Shown: positions 13,743 through 29,052, counted from the stretch's first letter. The stretch is 64,000 bases of DNA from Oopsacas minuta (GCA_024704765.1 JAKMXF010000099.1:548419-612418), one strand, 5' to 3'. Notes: generated by a model from the sequence alone, not told the origin. Numbers and translations are program-made.

Positions 13743-14505
13743 GTGAGTTTTCTGTTACCATATTCGCATTCACACAAATTCAATTAGTTAAGATGCTACT
13801 ATTGTTCCTATTACATTATTTTGCCTCAATACGCTAGATAGATTTATTCGTTTACTTGTTATATCCGTCCTCTTCTCAATCGTCTTATGAAATTTTTTGC
13901 AAAAATGTGTAAGTGGGGATCCCCCTTATGATATTTTTCATATTCGATAACAATCCACCAGTAATGGAACAGGCTAAGATGTTTAATTCACTTACATCTA
14001 TAGCTTCTTCATATATTGAAAATGAATCATATATCTTTTATGATAATAAAGCTGTGTCGGTTAACAATGGTGATATAGATATAATTCAATTAGTTGATTA
14101 AAACTTTATATAAATATAATTACTTCATTGTAATTATTCAGCAGCCGATACTAATTTAGGCATCACCTTTCTATTCAGAATTGGCAACAACTCATTGTTC
14201 GATAATGCATTTTATCAGACTAGGAGCAATGTATCCTGAAAATTCCCACTGTGAACTAGCTTACAAACATACATTTTCCTTCCCATACCCTTATAGTACA
14301 TTATGGTATGCTATCTCATATCTCCAAAGAATATTGCTCAGTCATTAATATAACCATACAACCCTTGATTTTGCAAACTGTGTATTAGCTCAGTAGGTAC
14401 GCAGCCTCGATGGGCTATTTGCGTGGCCTGTATTAATATCACTTGTGGCTTGTTACATTCGCAGGTCTATCATATACGATTGATTGTTATAGTTCTATAT
14501 CACAA

Positions 14506-14761
14506 CAGTCAACATTCGCTAACTCGAATTCCCGTTACTCGTTATCTCGAACCAATATTAATTTCCCTCGTTTGAATATTTGCTTTATTTAGAAAACAGT
14601 TCGCTACCTGGAATGAAGAAGAATTCGAACTTTCGTTATCTCGAACGAATATCTCTTCCCTTCGTTATACTTTTTGTACTTATCGCATCCGCTATCATGA
14701 ACATTCACTAATTTTAATAGATTTGGATTCCTAGGAATGTTCGAGTTACCGGTTGTTTTTG
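14506..14761. mobile_element. pogo/Tigger-type MITE
   Basis: Left cagtcaacattcgctaactcgaa, right ttcgagttaccggttgtttttg-TA, and internal ttatctcgaac repeats, as in Tigger-like ends. Confidence 0.5.
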
Positions 14762-15311
14762 TATTGAATTTTTGAAAATATCCAAAAATTTAAATGCGCA
14801 GTGGATGTTCCAAACTGTACTATTTAGTGATCAAATTTTTAAACTCTCGTTTCTTGAAAGGAAAATTTATATTCTTTTTTTTCCCAGAGTTAATAGAATT
14901 TATGCAACAAAGCTGCCCAATCTATGTGTTTTTATAGGGACCTCTTCGTAACTTCTACAAAATATGTTCTATATATGATACTGAATATTTCTTTCTATCA
15001 ATTTCTCACCATAACCATATATTGGAGCAAATGTTTCAAACTATTTGTATTTCGGTTGTATCAATATGATTTGGGACGTTCTCCTTTGATGTGTATTGTT
15101 GCGATATAGTCTTAATTGATATATACTCATTTGCTAGATTATCCTCCACTTCTCATTGAATATTTGACATTTTTATTGGAATACTACTCCAAATAATTGA
15201 TTTGCCGATTTCCACTATTTATCCGACGAACCTTTGACCCATTATTTGCATATTATATATACTTTGTTAAATTTCTTTAACCATTTAAAAACCTTATTTT
15301 ATTATTTTTAG

Positions 15312-15781
15312 ATGAAAACCTATATTCCTTCGCTCTTAGTGCTGAGATCTCTCCAAACAACCAACTAGTGAAGTGTGAGAAATTCGACTTCATCCAGAAA
15401 AATCAAAATATTCGAGTTGATAGATTTCGGACTAGTTATTTCTTTCAGCATGAAGAGGATTCATTTGGTCCTATTTCTAATTGTAGTTATATTTTTAAGA
15501 TATTTTCTCTCGTTTCAATATATAATGTTTCATTTACTCAGAAGGAAATATTTTTACCTTATATCTGCAAACAGCATATGGAACCTTTTTCTTTATATTT
15601 CAAATATTTACCTTATGATGGACTATATGATTTTGTTCGTATACAAGGAAATTGGGAATCGATACCAAATGCGTCAGTGAATTATTTATTGAAATTCAAT
15701 ATCATCTTTGGAGGTGGTTCACGGATATCTATAAGAAAGGAAACTTCCTCTAATTCTGTTGAAATATCATCTAAAGATGTG
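15312..15781 (+). CDS. Probable host exon(s) of the same FN3-repeat surface protein
   Basis: Acceptor ttatttttAG at 15310-15311 is phase-compatible with exon 13632-13742. The frame stays open (YENLYSFALSAEISPNNQLVKCEKF...GNWESIPNASVNYLLKFNIIF...SSKDV). Possible donors GTAGTT at 15483 or GTATGC at 15782. Confidence 0.5.
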
Positions 15782-17469
15782 GTATGCCATTTTTTCAATT
15801 CATATAAGTATATATTGGCTGCATTATTTTCATTGTTATTCCTTTTCTTGTATATAAATGCAATATTACTACTAAATTCTCTGCCAATTAGGTATTTCCC
15901 TGACCATATTTCTTAAGGTTAGGCCTAGTGACTTAAACATGGGTTCAGAATCTCACAACATTACTACTCTCTGTCCATGATTTATAATCTATACCTTGCC
16001 TGGACAAAAGTATGCACCCATATCAAAATTTCCATACAAATAATAATGAGATATCGTCTGTCAATTGTTGATGGTCAATACAGTATAGCTTATTATTCAG
16101 AGGATATTTGGTAACAAATTCGCAATCCACCTATTCTGATAGAAACAACTTCCATAATTTCTATGAAAAGCTCACTAATACATTTGAAAATTTCCAAACC
16201 TGTATTACCCAGTGAAACCTATCACCATATGTATAATGGGTGTAAATGCTAAAAGTCGCACAAGATGTCTCGAATAGAAAAAATATTAACATTATCTGTT
16301 AGTATCTGAATAGGGAGTCTAAATACTGAGATTTGAAATACACAGGATCCAAATTTCGCTAGGAATATACTCTAAATCTCACAGATTCACTGTATTGGCC
16401 CCTCAAGTATATGAAATCGGGATGTAAATTCAGAATCACTTGTAAAATGGTTTGTTTTTCTAACAAGGAAATTACATAGCATGTGCAACCTTAACCCTTA
16501 TATGCATACTACAACAACTCATCCTTGCTAGACTCTATAGCCATGATATTGTAGTGGTGATTAAAATACTTCTGGCCATGAGACCACGAAAAATAAGTTT
16601 GAATACTTAAATAACCATGATCGGTTAATCGGGAGAATTAGTTAACCGTGGCAAAACACTGACTCCTCAGCTGTCTCAATTAAGCGGCTTCTACTGTATA
16701 TAAACTTTTGGATATTTTATTTCAAAGTCTTGTTGTGTATTGGTCCTTTTCTGAAAAATATTCGAAGATTATGTCACCCATAACTAGATTCATGAATCTG
16801 TGTGGGAAATACGACGTCATGACCACCTGCCCTATACTTTTGTTTATAATTGTGTTAATTATGGGTGAGCACTCAATTTTCAGGGTGGTGACGTCACACC
16901 CAAAAATGGCCAAGTTACGCCTATGAAACCAAGTCATGACTCTCTTGTAGGGAAGCCATAAGTAAAAACGGAATGTTTCCGGTTCTGCTAGTTAGATAAT
17001 TACGTATCCAAGCGGGGTACCCTTCAAAAGGCCCTTTTTCTCTGCCCAGCACGAGGATCTGGCGTCACAAATCGTTTCATTTATAATTTAGTTTACCCAA
17101 AATGCATCTTGGCAGTTGAATCGATTGCAATCTGGTCTCACTCATGCAACTATTGATCACATTCTACGCAGTTTAACACTTAAGTTAGGTATTCATTCGG
17201 CATATATATGTGAATTCCTCAGATACTTTAATCATACTTCAGGATAATTTCACAAGGCCGGCAGAACCGATCAGGTAGGTCAGGGACATGCCTAACCTCC
17301 TTAACAAAGTTGCTTTTGCTTGTACAGGTCTATGTGGATTTCCGTTTTCTGATTTGCTAGGCCACTTCCCAATTTTCCCTGCCGAGATTAAATTTCCATC
17401 ACCGGGGCTTGAAATTATTTGAAATAGTTTTGTATTTCTCTTACATCGCACAATACTCAAGATCCAGCT

Positions 17470-18455
17470 CGTACAAATCTGGTGATGCTGATGTCACAGA
17501 TTTGCCTCGATCTGGAAGACCGGTACCCGCCACCACTTCAGAGAATATCGCACTCATTGAAAGTATGTTCATGGAAGACAAGTGCATTAGTGTCAATTAG
17601 TTAGAACAAAGTATGGAGATTTCATAGGGAGCTATTCATATAATTCTGACGACTGAGTTTGGCACCGATCGATTTGTGTGAAAGGGTCCCGCATAAGCTC
17701 AGTGAGAATCAAAAGGTTGACACGACTGAATATTGCCAAGAAACTCTTGGAAACTTATGAGAACTGCGATTCTAGACGCCTAACAGAGATTATTACTGGT
17801 GACGAGACGTGGGAGTACTATTCAACATCATATAGCAAGTATAAGAGGCGATCATGGGTGAGGGGCACGAATAACCGGCGAAAATTCCTAGGCCCGACTT
17901 CAGATAACCTAAGATTATGTATACCATCTTCTTCAGTTGTCATGGAATTGTCTTGCAATTACCTTGTGAGAGCGGCAAGGCTGTTACTACTACTTTCTTT
18001 ACAGAGCAAGTGCTTCCAAATTTGCTAAAAAATATAGAAAAGTACCGCCCGAAAACCGGAACTCGAGGAATGAAAGCTTTAATTGATAACGCCAGTTCCC
18101 ATACAGCTAAGCTTACCAAGAATTTCTTGGATGTAGAAGTATTAGAATTACTTCCCCATCCACCATACTCACCAGACCTAGTTCCGTGTGATTTTTGGCT
18201 ATTCCCCAAGCTTAAAATCTACCTTCAAGACAAAGATTTTAACACATTACACCACTCGGAACGGGCCTGTACCAATACTTCATATCCATCCCCGAAGAAG
18301 AGTACAGAAATGTGTTTTACAAGTGGGTGGAATGGTTAAAACTTTGTGTATCTGCAGGAGGGGATTACTTTGAATAAATATTATAGTGAATTAGTGTGTA
18401 TAGTGTTTGTGTTATATTCTATGATATCACCCGCAAGACTTATTGAACGCCCTAG
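17470..18455 (+). mobile_element. 5-prime-truncated mariner (DD34D) element, frameshifted transposase
   Basis: DLPRSGRP, RVPHKLSE, IITGDETW, DNASSH..PHPPYSPDLVPCDF (34 residues between the two D). Right TIR acttattgaacgccctag followed by TA at 18456. Confidence 0.9.
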
Positions 18456-21400
18456 TATTGTAACATTGTTGGCTAAATAGCTTTGTGACAGTAAACAGTT
18501 GTATTCTTCCGAAAATCATTCTTTCGGATTGCAATTTATATTGAAAATATTTTTTGAATCATATAAATATTTTTCAATTTTTTGTGAAAAGTGTAGTATT
18601 CCATTTCTGAGTTCAAGACTTCTTAGAATTTGCAGATACATACCCCGAAACTCCAAATACTCACTAATTTGAGTTTAACTGATTGAGCTCCGGCCCATAG
18701 TTTTAAACCAAGACCCGAATTTTGCTACGCCATTACCTGGACGAGGCATCGGCTCTCTATGGGTCCATGAATACAAGTAGGAGTCTACGGCCCCAAAAGG
18801 GCACCTACTCGTGATTCCCGCATTGATTCTATGGCCCGCACTCCATGTATATTATAACTATTTTAAGTATAATCTGTGCCGTCAGCTTAAGATATTAGCA
18901 AAATGTCCCTAAATTGGCAATAACAATAAGAGACACTAGAAATACTTAAATTTGCATCGATAATCCTAGTACCTCCAATTATTTATGCCACTCTAGGCGA
19001 ATTTAGCTGATATACTCAGCTGGTTACTGGCATTCTAGTATTCAGTGATTACTTACTGAGAATAGAGAAAATCTTTGTGAATGTGTGTAAACACCCATGT
19101 TTCATCCAATCGTTTAGAATCAATTTTGTTTGTTCATATCACCAACTCCATTATGGTGACATCATTGTTATGTTTGCCATTGTGTCTGTTCTGACATATA
19201 TTACACTTCGTCAATACTTCATCAATTGTATGTATTACACTCATCTGTTATCATTATTGAGTTATTCGCATTTCAAATTTTATGTAGTTAATAACGTCAG
19301 GCTCATTGTGTCTATTGCATGTCTGTCAATCTTTTTCGCATCAGTCCCTGGACCTTGCCCAATTTTCGCTCCGAATTTCGGTGTAATCCCGAGAGACCAA
19401 AAACTCTTTTCTCGCTACCACGCTCTCTCTTCCTTGACACAATATATTCTGTAATTTCTCAAACCCTTCTACTCTCAATTAAATCAATAACAAGCTCTTT
19501 TGTATGTCATCCAACAATGTCATATTATGTATAAAATTGATTGTCCATAAAATTCCTGAAAGCACAAATTAGGATAATTTACAGACTAGAACGTATAGCT
19601 AATTAAAAAATGATTAACTGTTGTTTTATGATCTTGAAGCACAATAGCCCTGCTCTAAGTGATTTCCCTAGAATTTTTGGGCCAATACCTTTACGTCTGG
19701 ACCAATCTCAAGATCCCGGGACGGTTCGCTGGTATGCTATTATGTTGGTGATTATTTTCCATAGTCTAGCCAAGGTGTTCTAAGCTTTGTGGATCCATTC
19801 ACCACAATCGTATTTTGTGTATAATCTCATTCTACGATTTTCCTCCATGTATACAAAAGTAAACAACAAATATAATTTTATGGGTATTCTAAAGTGTCAC
19901 ATAAATGGCACAATATTTCTGCTCGAAAGCCATCACCGTCAGTGTACACCCAACGCCAATTGTCCATTTAGGCTTAACGTTTGAGCCCTTCATCTATAAT
20001 TGTTTGGCCTGTCGCCCAGCTACGGATATATTTATTATGAAAAACTAAAATTCCAATCTGTGACTAGATCTTGGTGAAATTATTTTAGAGATGCAGTATT
20101 AATTCGAGCCACTATGTGTATTGGGGTTATGTTCTACATTTCACAGTGCCTCCAATTACTAGTGCCACTCTATACTAAATTGATTCATAGACTTACTCAC
20201 TGATTCTTAACCAAGGAGATATTCCCTAAGGTTGGATGTCAACTACGAGGGTGGACGAATGCTAGTGCGGTATGGGGGGTATGGGCCCACATTCAGGAGG
20301 AACCATCTAGATACAATTTATCCAGAGTATTTTTTCACACTAAAAACTGAATACATGATCAATGTGTGAACTAAATGGATTGTATTAATATCCAATCCAT
20401 TGCTTCAATTTCAACTTACCTTATATATAACATAGGACTGTATTTTTCAATCAATAGATTCATAATATTTTGTCGGAATCACATGCTAACTTTCGAATTT
20501 GACATTATGATACATCATATCTTCAATATTGATTCATTTCTAGTCCAGATGGGTTGAAACCTTTATGCCTGACCTTTTGTGTATGTTTGGCGAATGATTC
20601 TATTTTGCATCATGCTATAAAAGCATAACAATTGTCAAAACATCCCATAGATGTGGGGCATCAGTAGAATAATTTTCACAGAAAATATATTTACTTGAAT
20701 TAACACAAAGTATTTTGTTCCTTCTTTACACTATCTACCAATTAATTTGTTGAGAATGGGAAATAATTCCTTTTGAAGGAATTGAGGATGAGGATTAATC
20801 CCTGGATTCCCTTGAAATAATGTGCTGAGATTGGAAATTAGTTCCGAGAATTTTCCTTCGGACCGGGAACTTAAGGAATTAATTCTGAATTGAACCTCAC
20901 CTTGAATTTATGCGATGCTTATTGCCTATATTGAAATCCTTGGGAATAGAAATAATTTTCATACAACGGAATCTTCTTGTACCCAGCATAGATATTTGTA
21001 TATTCGGTAATAATTCGTTGGAGTAGAATACATGAGATTCTGTGAATTGAGATATCATTCTTATAGTCCGGTTTCTTATATGTGACATCTATAGTATAAT
21101 TGTAAGTATCTTGACGAAAGTTTATTGGCTGCATGCAGTTCGCTAAGATTACAAAAACTTGGAATAGCGGTAAATAGTGTACTTTGGTCCACTGGATTCT
21201 TTCATCGAAAATTTTGAAAACTGTATGAAACTTGATGATGACCAGGCAAATTTATCATTTTAAAAGTTTATTTCAAGATCATATTTTTATGAAAACTTAA
21301 ATATTTTGGCTACTTTGGCCTAGTGTGCCAAAGTAGCCTGTTTTCAGTATATATTTTTTGAGCCTATTGAACTGTTTCTTCCTAGCTTCATTCAGACCCA

Positions 21401-24284
21401 GGTGCCTTTATTTTACTCTTCTTGTACCCAATGTCTTCATTCGACCGCTGAATAATACCTTTGTTTCGTCATCGTCTCCATTATTTTTGAAATATTATGC
21501 GCATTGGAGCTCTGGTTGTTCATTCAAATATAGGCCTACGACTATTTGACCCTTTTTCGTTTTTTTGGTATTAATGGGGTTTGCCCTTTGTGCATTTATA
21601 TATTATCATTGTTCCTTCTTTTAGGCTGTAGAAAATGTTTTTACTCCACCTGTTCACATTAATTATGAGGTTCGTGATTAAACTAATCTACAGGAATAGT
21701 CTATATTTCTATATATTTGCATTCTATATTCTAACATCCTAGAACCCGACTTCCAAGGTCCTGACGCCTACCTATTTCGTGCTGCATTTCCTAAAAATTA
21801 GTATATAAATATAATGGTTCTTTCATCCAATTTCTCTGTGATTGACACAACGACACGATTGGCAATTTGGGGATTAGCTAGAGCTATGAAATGTATCATT
21901 TTCATATAGGTTATAACCCCTTTAAAGACGATCGGATTATTAATTTTTCTTAACATTCATATTCATGAGATATGTTGTAATTCAGATTATACTACGATTT
22001 CCAAAATTCGCCAAACAATATATGTCAACTATCCTGATTAGTTCATCATTATCTGATAGTATGGGCGAATTGACAAGGGGATCATCTAATGGAGGGACAT
22101 ATGAGATACTGTCTTTTCTGGGTCCTATTAATTAGTGAGATTGGGTTTAACTGGCAGATCATACGGGTTGAAACATCTTATATTCAAAATTTTATTTTCC
22201 AGATTGACGACATGTCGCGATTTATTCATTGCTTGATTCAAATCCTTCCTCAGGAAGTTCTTCTAATCCAAATATATTATTTTGGCAGACATTGTATGGG
22301 ATAAGTATGCTATGACTAAATTTACAGTTTGTGATATAGACTGGCTAAAATAAGAAAAATGCACATTGGCATTTAGGGGGTAACTAGATAATGGAAGCTG
22401 TGCTAGATAGGGTTATACAAAATATTTTTTTTTATAGTTTATCGACCTAAAAGTTTGGATTTGTAAAATATATTATATGGCTTCTTCGTAATGATTTATG
22501 ACTTTATGCAAAATCTTGATTTGGCAAATCAATGCGTAATTGATATCTATTCTTATCAAGGGATATTTGTATTTTGAAGTTCATTAAACAAATTAATTCT
22601 CTATTAACTGAAAACCGTTTTTTTGTTGTTTCAAATACGAGCTATCATCTGACCCCAAAATATTATTAGAAGAAGAGACTATTTCCATTTGTTTGTTACA
22701 TCTGTTAGCTTTTGTGAAAGTATGCCATCTCTTGAATACTTTCACTCTTACAAAATAAATGGACGAAAATATTGCTTATATTCTTAGAAAATGAACCTTT
22801 CTAGCAAGTTGATCATGATATATCGTGTTAACTTGTTGCATACTTCGTCTTCTTCAGAAAATCCTTCATACGATGACAATTGTGGAAGAGTTCAGTGGAA
22901 TGAGCTGTAGTTTTGGAAAGGACTTAGTAACGTTTGCCCATGAAAAGATTCTCCAATTGTTACATTGGTTTCCATACTGAGTACATCTAACCTGTCCGTA
23001 TGTACCTTCATTACTATTGAACGCCTATCACAGATAGGTTGGTGTGACCAACCTTGAAAGTACTATAAAATTCTGAGGTTTCAGCTGATTTTCTCAGAAA
23101 CGAATTCTTATTACTTCAGAAACAAAGTCGAGCAATGTTTACAGTAGTTCTGGTGCCCACAGCACTACTTTGTCTGTTAATTTTCGAAACTCATTTTTCG
23201 TTAGTATTCTAGAAATAAATTTCATGGTATTTTTAACGCTGTGCGCAGTTCGTGACCGTTTTCTTGCTCCTGAATGCAAGTTGTAGACTAAGGTCATGAA
23301 CACATATATATCAAGTATAAGCATGCAATGTAGATGCACAAATAATGTCTAAAATTTGTTACTTGCAGTGGGGGGGCTGTAAGCGCTCCAGTGGGGTCCC
23401 AGGGGCTTTGCCCCTGGACGACATGCACTATTTTCCAAAACTTTCGTTGCCATTCTCCTGTTGCTTCGAATCTCTAATTTATTTCTCTTAACCGCGTAAC
23501 AGACATTTGGTATGGAAAATTTCGCTTGACTATATCGGTAGAACATCGCCAAAAATACTAGAGTAAACGTAAATACATTTATGTGGAGTGTATCTTCATT
23601 GAAAGACGTATTAAACAACTTAGCTTGCACCTTCATAATCTAATTTTCAATTATCTTAGCCAATATATATTTTGTTTCAACTTGGGCAAACTCTCAAACG
23701 CATATCAACTATCAAGTGTTGTCTTGCTTATGATGCTTGTACTGACCCACCGTTACTGTTGAAGCTACTTTCATCGTTAGAATGCAAGGTATATACCTGA
23801 AATTATGGAAATATATTATGATTTTGAGTTAAAAATGAGAGCGAAGCGACCCAAATTTTCTCTTTGGATTTCAGCCATTAGTTCAGTGTATTGGCTTGAA
23901 TTTCTAATCCACTATTATTTCATATCATCTAAATTCTTTTTGGTGGGGGGGATATATTCTCCTATCCCCTCTGGATCCGCCACTAGATATTTTTTTATGA
24001 GTTAGTCCAAATCGGCCAAGTGAAGCTAGTTTGAAACTCTATTCTTGATTAAGGTCTCAAAGATTTCTTTGCAGTTGATATATATCTCCTGACAGAAGGA
24101 ACTTGTTGAATAATCAACTGGCAGAATCTAGTTGTGGATCAAGGGCTGCTAGTTTTGCAGACAAAGTTTTCCTTCTCAGACAAGCAACTCATCAAAGCAA
24201 TTACCTGGTCGTGACGCCTCTTTGCTTTCTTTGTCAGTTCTAAGACAGATTGGTGAATTTCTTTTGAGTATTGAATATCTAGAA

Positions 24285-25585
24285 CAGTGGTTCCTAAACT
24301 GGGTGAAATTTTCCCCTGCTGGGGAGGAATGATACGAATATGAAATTTAGTAAGTAACTTTGTAAATTTTATATTGTTTGATGATCCCCTCACACGGAAA
24401 TAATAAAATCCCCTTTTAGGACCAATACATACTTAAGGTCGTGATTTATTTCCTTTTGAGATTGCGAATCCCAAAGTTTCAGAAATAAGATTACAAAATA
24501 TTCATTACACAACTATGATTAAAGTTAGAAACCTAATTCACACCCAACGACAACCATAGATCTAACCAGAAACTAATTATGTTCTTGTTATTAAGATCAT
24601 GCCACTTCGCCAAACCAAAATCATTATACATTGAAGGGACTATATATGTGTGTGCACACAAGATGAAATTATAACAAACTAAGATACTATGGCCATGGCA
24701 TCAAAGAAACGAAAGTATAGTGACGACTACCTTCAACTGGGATTGACAAGCATCACAATTTTACTAATACAAAACCACAATGCGTGATTTGTCACAAAGT
24801 ATTGGCGGCTGATAACATGAAGCCAACTACACTTAAGTCACATATGGAGAGTGTTCATCCAACATATGTACACAAAAATCTCAGATCCCTTCAGTACTTA
24901 GAACGCTCTCATAAACCTGGTAGCTTTGATTCAACGAGAAGATTTCAACAGCAAAATGATGCTGCACTGACAGCTTCCTATGAACTTTCCCAAATGATTG
25001 CCAAGTCAAAGAAACCTCACTCCATTGATGAAACTCTAATTGCACCGTGTGTTGAAATTACTGTCAAAAGGATGCTCGAAGAAGATCATTCAAAGAAAGT
25101 AGTTCAGGTGTCATTATCAAATACTACAATCCAACGTCGTTATTGTACCTTGATGAAGGTATCGAAGATCAAGTTGTTGCAGCCATTGATAATGGCCCAG
25201 TATATGCGATTCAACTCGATGAATCTACAGATATTGAATACCTTTCCTAGCTTATCTTATAAGTCTGAAATATTGATCATAACACTATGAAAACAGAATT
25301 CCAATTCTGCAAACCATTAAAAACTACTGCAAGAGCTAGACCTTTTCGATATCATCAATACATACTTTCAATCTCTTAATATTTATTGGAAGAAACTAGT
25401 TGTTTGCACTATGGATGGAGCGCCAGCTATGATGGAAAAGAAGACAAGAGTCATTATCCTGGCCAAAGATATGGGACCGGACATGATTTGAAATCATTAC
25501 TGGCTTCACAGACAAGTGTTATCTTCGCAAGCAATGTCGGAGGAACTGTCAACATTCTTCAATAAAGTCCATCTCATTAGCAATA
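24285..25585 (+). mobile_element. hAT Buster/Charlie element, left half with ZBED5/ZBED8-like transposase pseudogene (ATG 24695)
   Basis: Left TIR CAGTGGTTCCTAAACTG preceded by aTCTAGAa (the NTCTAGAN Buster target consensus). Peptides MASKKRKYSDDYLQLG, PQCVICHKVLAADNMKP, KKPHSIDETLIAPC, QLDESTD, DGAPAM. Truncated near 25585. Confidence 0.88.
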
Positions 25586-26379
25586 TATATATATGTAAAT
25601 ATTATTAATTTGCTTCATCAAAACAACTAAGTTATTACTATATTATTCAGTTCACAAAATACAAAATCTATTTACAATGTCTTTCGAGAAGGGAAGAAGG
25701 CTTTGTTAAACCTTGCCAAAGGGGGCATCGTTCTAAAAAGTTTGTCAAGGACTGATCTAGAATTTTGCAATCAGATGGGAGACGGCGTTTCGGCGCAGAG
25801 TTGAATCATCTTAAAAAAGTAGCTCTTCTAGGTATTGAGGTCTTGTATTTCCGATAGAGCTCCCCGTTACCTTAATTCCTCAAATTTCTAATGTATTGGT
25901 TGATATTGGTCAGCATACAATTTATGGCCATGTCTAAAGTCGATGGTCACTTCTCTCACTCTACTTTTATATTTAAGAAACTTAAAAGCGTTTCTATTAT
26001 TCATAATGCTAAATACTTTAGAGCAAAATGTGTCTCAAGTTGAATCTATCAAATGAAAATATGGTATCGTTTGCACAACTATGCTAAGCTTATTAGTTCC
26101 ACATTTTTAATAAAATCATCTAAGCTATGTAGTACATCCCATCAGATTTCAATGCACTAAGCGACACATTTATTTCCAACTTTTTTTTCATTAGCTGTCC
26201 AAACAAAATATCTTTTCGTACCTTTGATATTGCCAATGGCAAATACCAGAATTAGGGTTTATTGGTATCGATTAGTTCCAAATATACAGATGCTCATGTT
26301 ATTGTCAAAGCCATGACAGAATCAAGTTTTAGTCTATTTGGTAGGGGCAAATATATATTCTAATGGTTAATAATAGATG

Positions 26380-27671
26380 CCAGTCTGTCACAGAATAATT
26401 TTCATTTTTCTGTTGTTTAGTATTCAACCTTATTTCGATTTACCTACTTGTGACAGCTTGAATATATTTTAAGAGTCTTATAAGTACCCAAACCTTTGTA
26501 CATTCACACTTTTTACCAATTTTATTTCATATCTTAGCATTATTTAATATATATCCTCGAATTGATCGAAAATTTAGCTATTTTTCTACTACAAAAGGTT
26601 AAATTTCTTCTAATATTTTCTTATACACCACGACATTGTTGATTAAATCCAGACAGAACGAAGACCAGAACTAGCCAAACTGATTACAACAACTAGCTTA
26701 TCGCTGAAGGCCAATGCCACCCAATGTAAAGTCTCATTGGTGGCTGTCTATGAGGTTCATAAGGGAAAAACAATTGGAGATAAGCAATGTGCCGGTCCAA
26801 ATTTTATGATATTTCTATCACTTAAGATTTCTCTTTCCCTGACTGTCAATAGCTAGCAATTTGAATGTTTCACGAGGTCTTAATGTGCCACCTGAGACTG
26901 TTAGAAGTACACTTTCCCGATGGGATTATTCAAAGAAACTAGCGTACAGAGGATCCAATATTACACCAGAACATGATAAAGCGAGAGTTACTTGGGCAAG
27001 AAAATATCGTGACATACATTGGCACAAGTTTTCACTTATGAGTGCTCAACCTCTGTGCAAAAGGAGGTGAAAAACCGATTAAAACGCCCCAAGGAATTCC
27101 CTTAAGCTTCACATCTGGGAGGAATAAATCAACATCTGCACGTGCCACCCCTATTCATATCTTGGGAAGAATTTTTAACTCAGAACTGTACTGCGGGCTT
27201 CTCAATGAAGTACTCATTCGAATTGTGATATTCCCAGACCCGATGGAAACTTCAGGAAGATGACTCCAGCATCCACAGATTGAAGCTATCAATTGTATAC
27301 TGGTAATTTCGTGGAACACGCACCATCGATTGACCTTCCAAAATCCCGGACTTGAATTTTATCGAAAATCTATGGTGCGTACTCAAACAGAGAATTAAAT
27401 TGAAGGTCCCAAAAGAATTTAAAAGATGTGGAAAGGTTCGCCAAAATGGAGTTAGAAACTTTTGACTCTATATTTTTGGCCAACTTCATAGGATCAATGA
27501 GAAAGATCTGACTTGGTCTTCGCTTCATGTGGAAACCTATCAATTTTTGAAACCATTTTAAAAAATTCCTATTGCTATATGGATGATGTATAACATGACT
27601 GTACATTATTTGCTATATTCTACCCGCATACTTGGTATGATATTCGATTAAAGGTAATTATGTGACAGAAT
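26380..27671 (+). mobile_element. Degenerate Tc1-like element
   Basis: PETVRSTLSRWDY, ITPEHDKARVTWARKY, WKLQEDDSSIH, PDLNFIENLWCVLKQ. Worn inverted ends cagtctgtcacagaat (26380) and attatgtgacaga (~27660-27670). Confidence 0.65.
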
Positions 27672-27738
27672 CATCACTACAACAAAGATACCCCTTGATT
27701 CATTATAAATATTTGTATTTCTAAGTTTGAAGTATGTA

Positions 27739-29052
27739 TAGGGGGGGGTGTCTAATAAGTTCTGTTATATATCAATTCCTCAATTATTTCAAATTTATCC
27801 ATTGCAAAGCCATGAAACCTCTATTTTCTTAGGACTTATGTTCCTAATTACACATTATAAATATCATTCAATATAGCCTCCCTTTATATGAATTACGGAA
27901 GTTAGTTTGCCCCGAAACTGATGGACAGCTTTTCGCAGCTCCTCCTGTGGGATTTTCTGCCATTTACTCAACAAACTAACTTTGAGGGACTCCAAACTCT
28001 TTTGAGATTTCGCACAGGCCCTGCTCTCCAAGTTTGCCCAAACAAAATAGTCGAGTGGGTTTAAATCTGGGCTTGATGGTGGCCATCATCCTTACTTATG
28101 AAATCGATATTTTGCTTTCGGAACCAACCCTGAGATACTTTTGAAGCATTTACAGGCGCAGAGTCTTGTTGGTAAGTCCAGGGATGGTTTTGAAAGAGTT
28201 TCTCACTAGCAGACGCAATTTCAGGCTCCAAGACCAGCTCTCTGTACGTCTGGGAGTTTATTTTCACTCCTTGGGGGACAAAAATCAAGTTTGTCCGTGA
28301 GTTTGCCGACACTCCCGCCGATACCATCAGAGAAAGAGGCTTCTGGACTCTATCAATGTACTTGATGCTATCTGGGATATCCTGACTTCGAGAAGCAAGT
28401 ACACGGTCGTTTTGACGATTGCTTGCCTCCTCAACTGTGAACAGCTTCTCATCTGAGAAAAGAATCTGATCTTCAGTCCCAGGAGCGAATCGGGCTTTTA
28501 GTTGTATGCATCTTTCGAGTCGCTTACGACGTATGGAGTCGTTAAGATGGTGTACGTTTTTCCTCTTATAGGACTTCATTCCTAGGTCCTCTACAACCAA
28601 TTTCCGCATCGTTTCGTGATTGACACAGAATTCACGAGACATTTTTCGCATTGACCGCCGGGGATTTTTCAGGATTGGACATCTGACACAACTCTTCAGG
28701 GCTGGTGTGCGAGCAGATCTTGGACGACCAACTCGTTTCCTGTCAGACACACTCCCAGTCTCTATATAGCGTTTATTGTGCGATAGATCAACATGGGATT
28801 GACTTTATCATTCTTTAGCCTTTTTCGAATTTCACTGTTGCTAAACCCAGATTCGTGAAAAGTGACAATTTTTGAACGAATTTCTTCTAACATGATTTTC
28901 TGGTAAATCATCAACTTGAATGATATTTACTTGGCATAATTCGAAAGAGCGCCAAAAATGCTACAAGAAAATCTAGAAGATTACTTCATAAGAATATTAA
29001 TAGCTACTGTCTAAGACGCGAGAATGTATAACAGATCTTATTAGACACCCTG
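27739..29052 (-). mobile_element. maT / DD37D Tc1-mariner element, copy 1 (defective)
   Basis: TIR GGGTGTCTAATAAG(T/A)TCTG at both ends, TA flanks. ORF 28061-28750 has FSDEKLF, NRQND, QQDSAP. WPPSSPDLNPLD follows a frameshift; reconstructed spacing is D37D. Confidence 0.9.

Noticed and set aside
13870-13995. Minus-strand peptide VIEYEKYHKGDPHLHIF resembling the HUH motif II of CRESS-virus or Helitron Rep proteins
   Set aside because: The frame is open for only about 42 codons, with no motif I, catalytic YxxK or helicase motifs nearby. Probably chance.
19250-19950. Possible LINE ORF1/PHD remnants on the minus strand (DCGEWIHK, FLVSRDYTEIR)
   Set aside because: Motifs are short, in broken frames, and no endonuclease or RT is adjacent.
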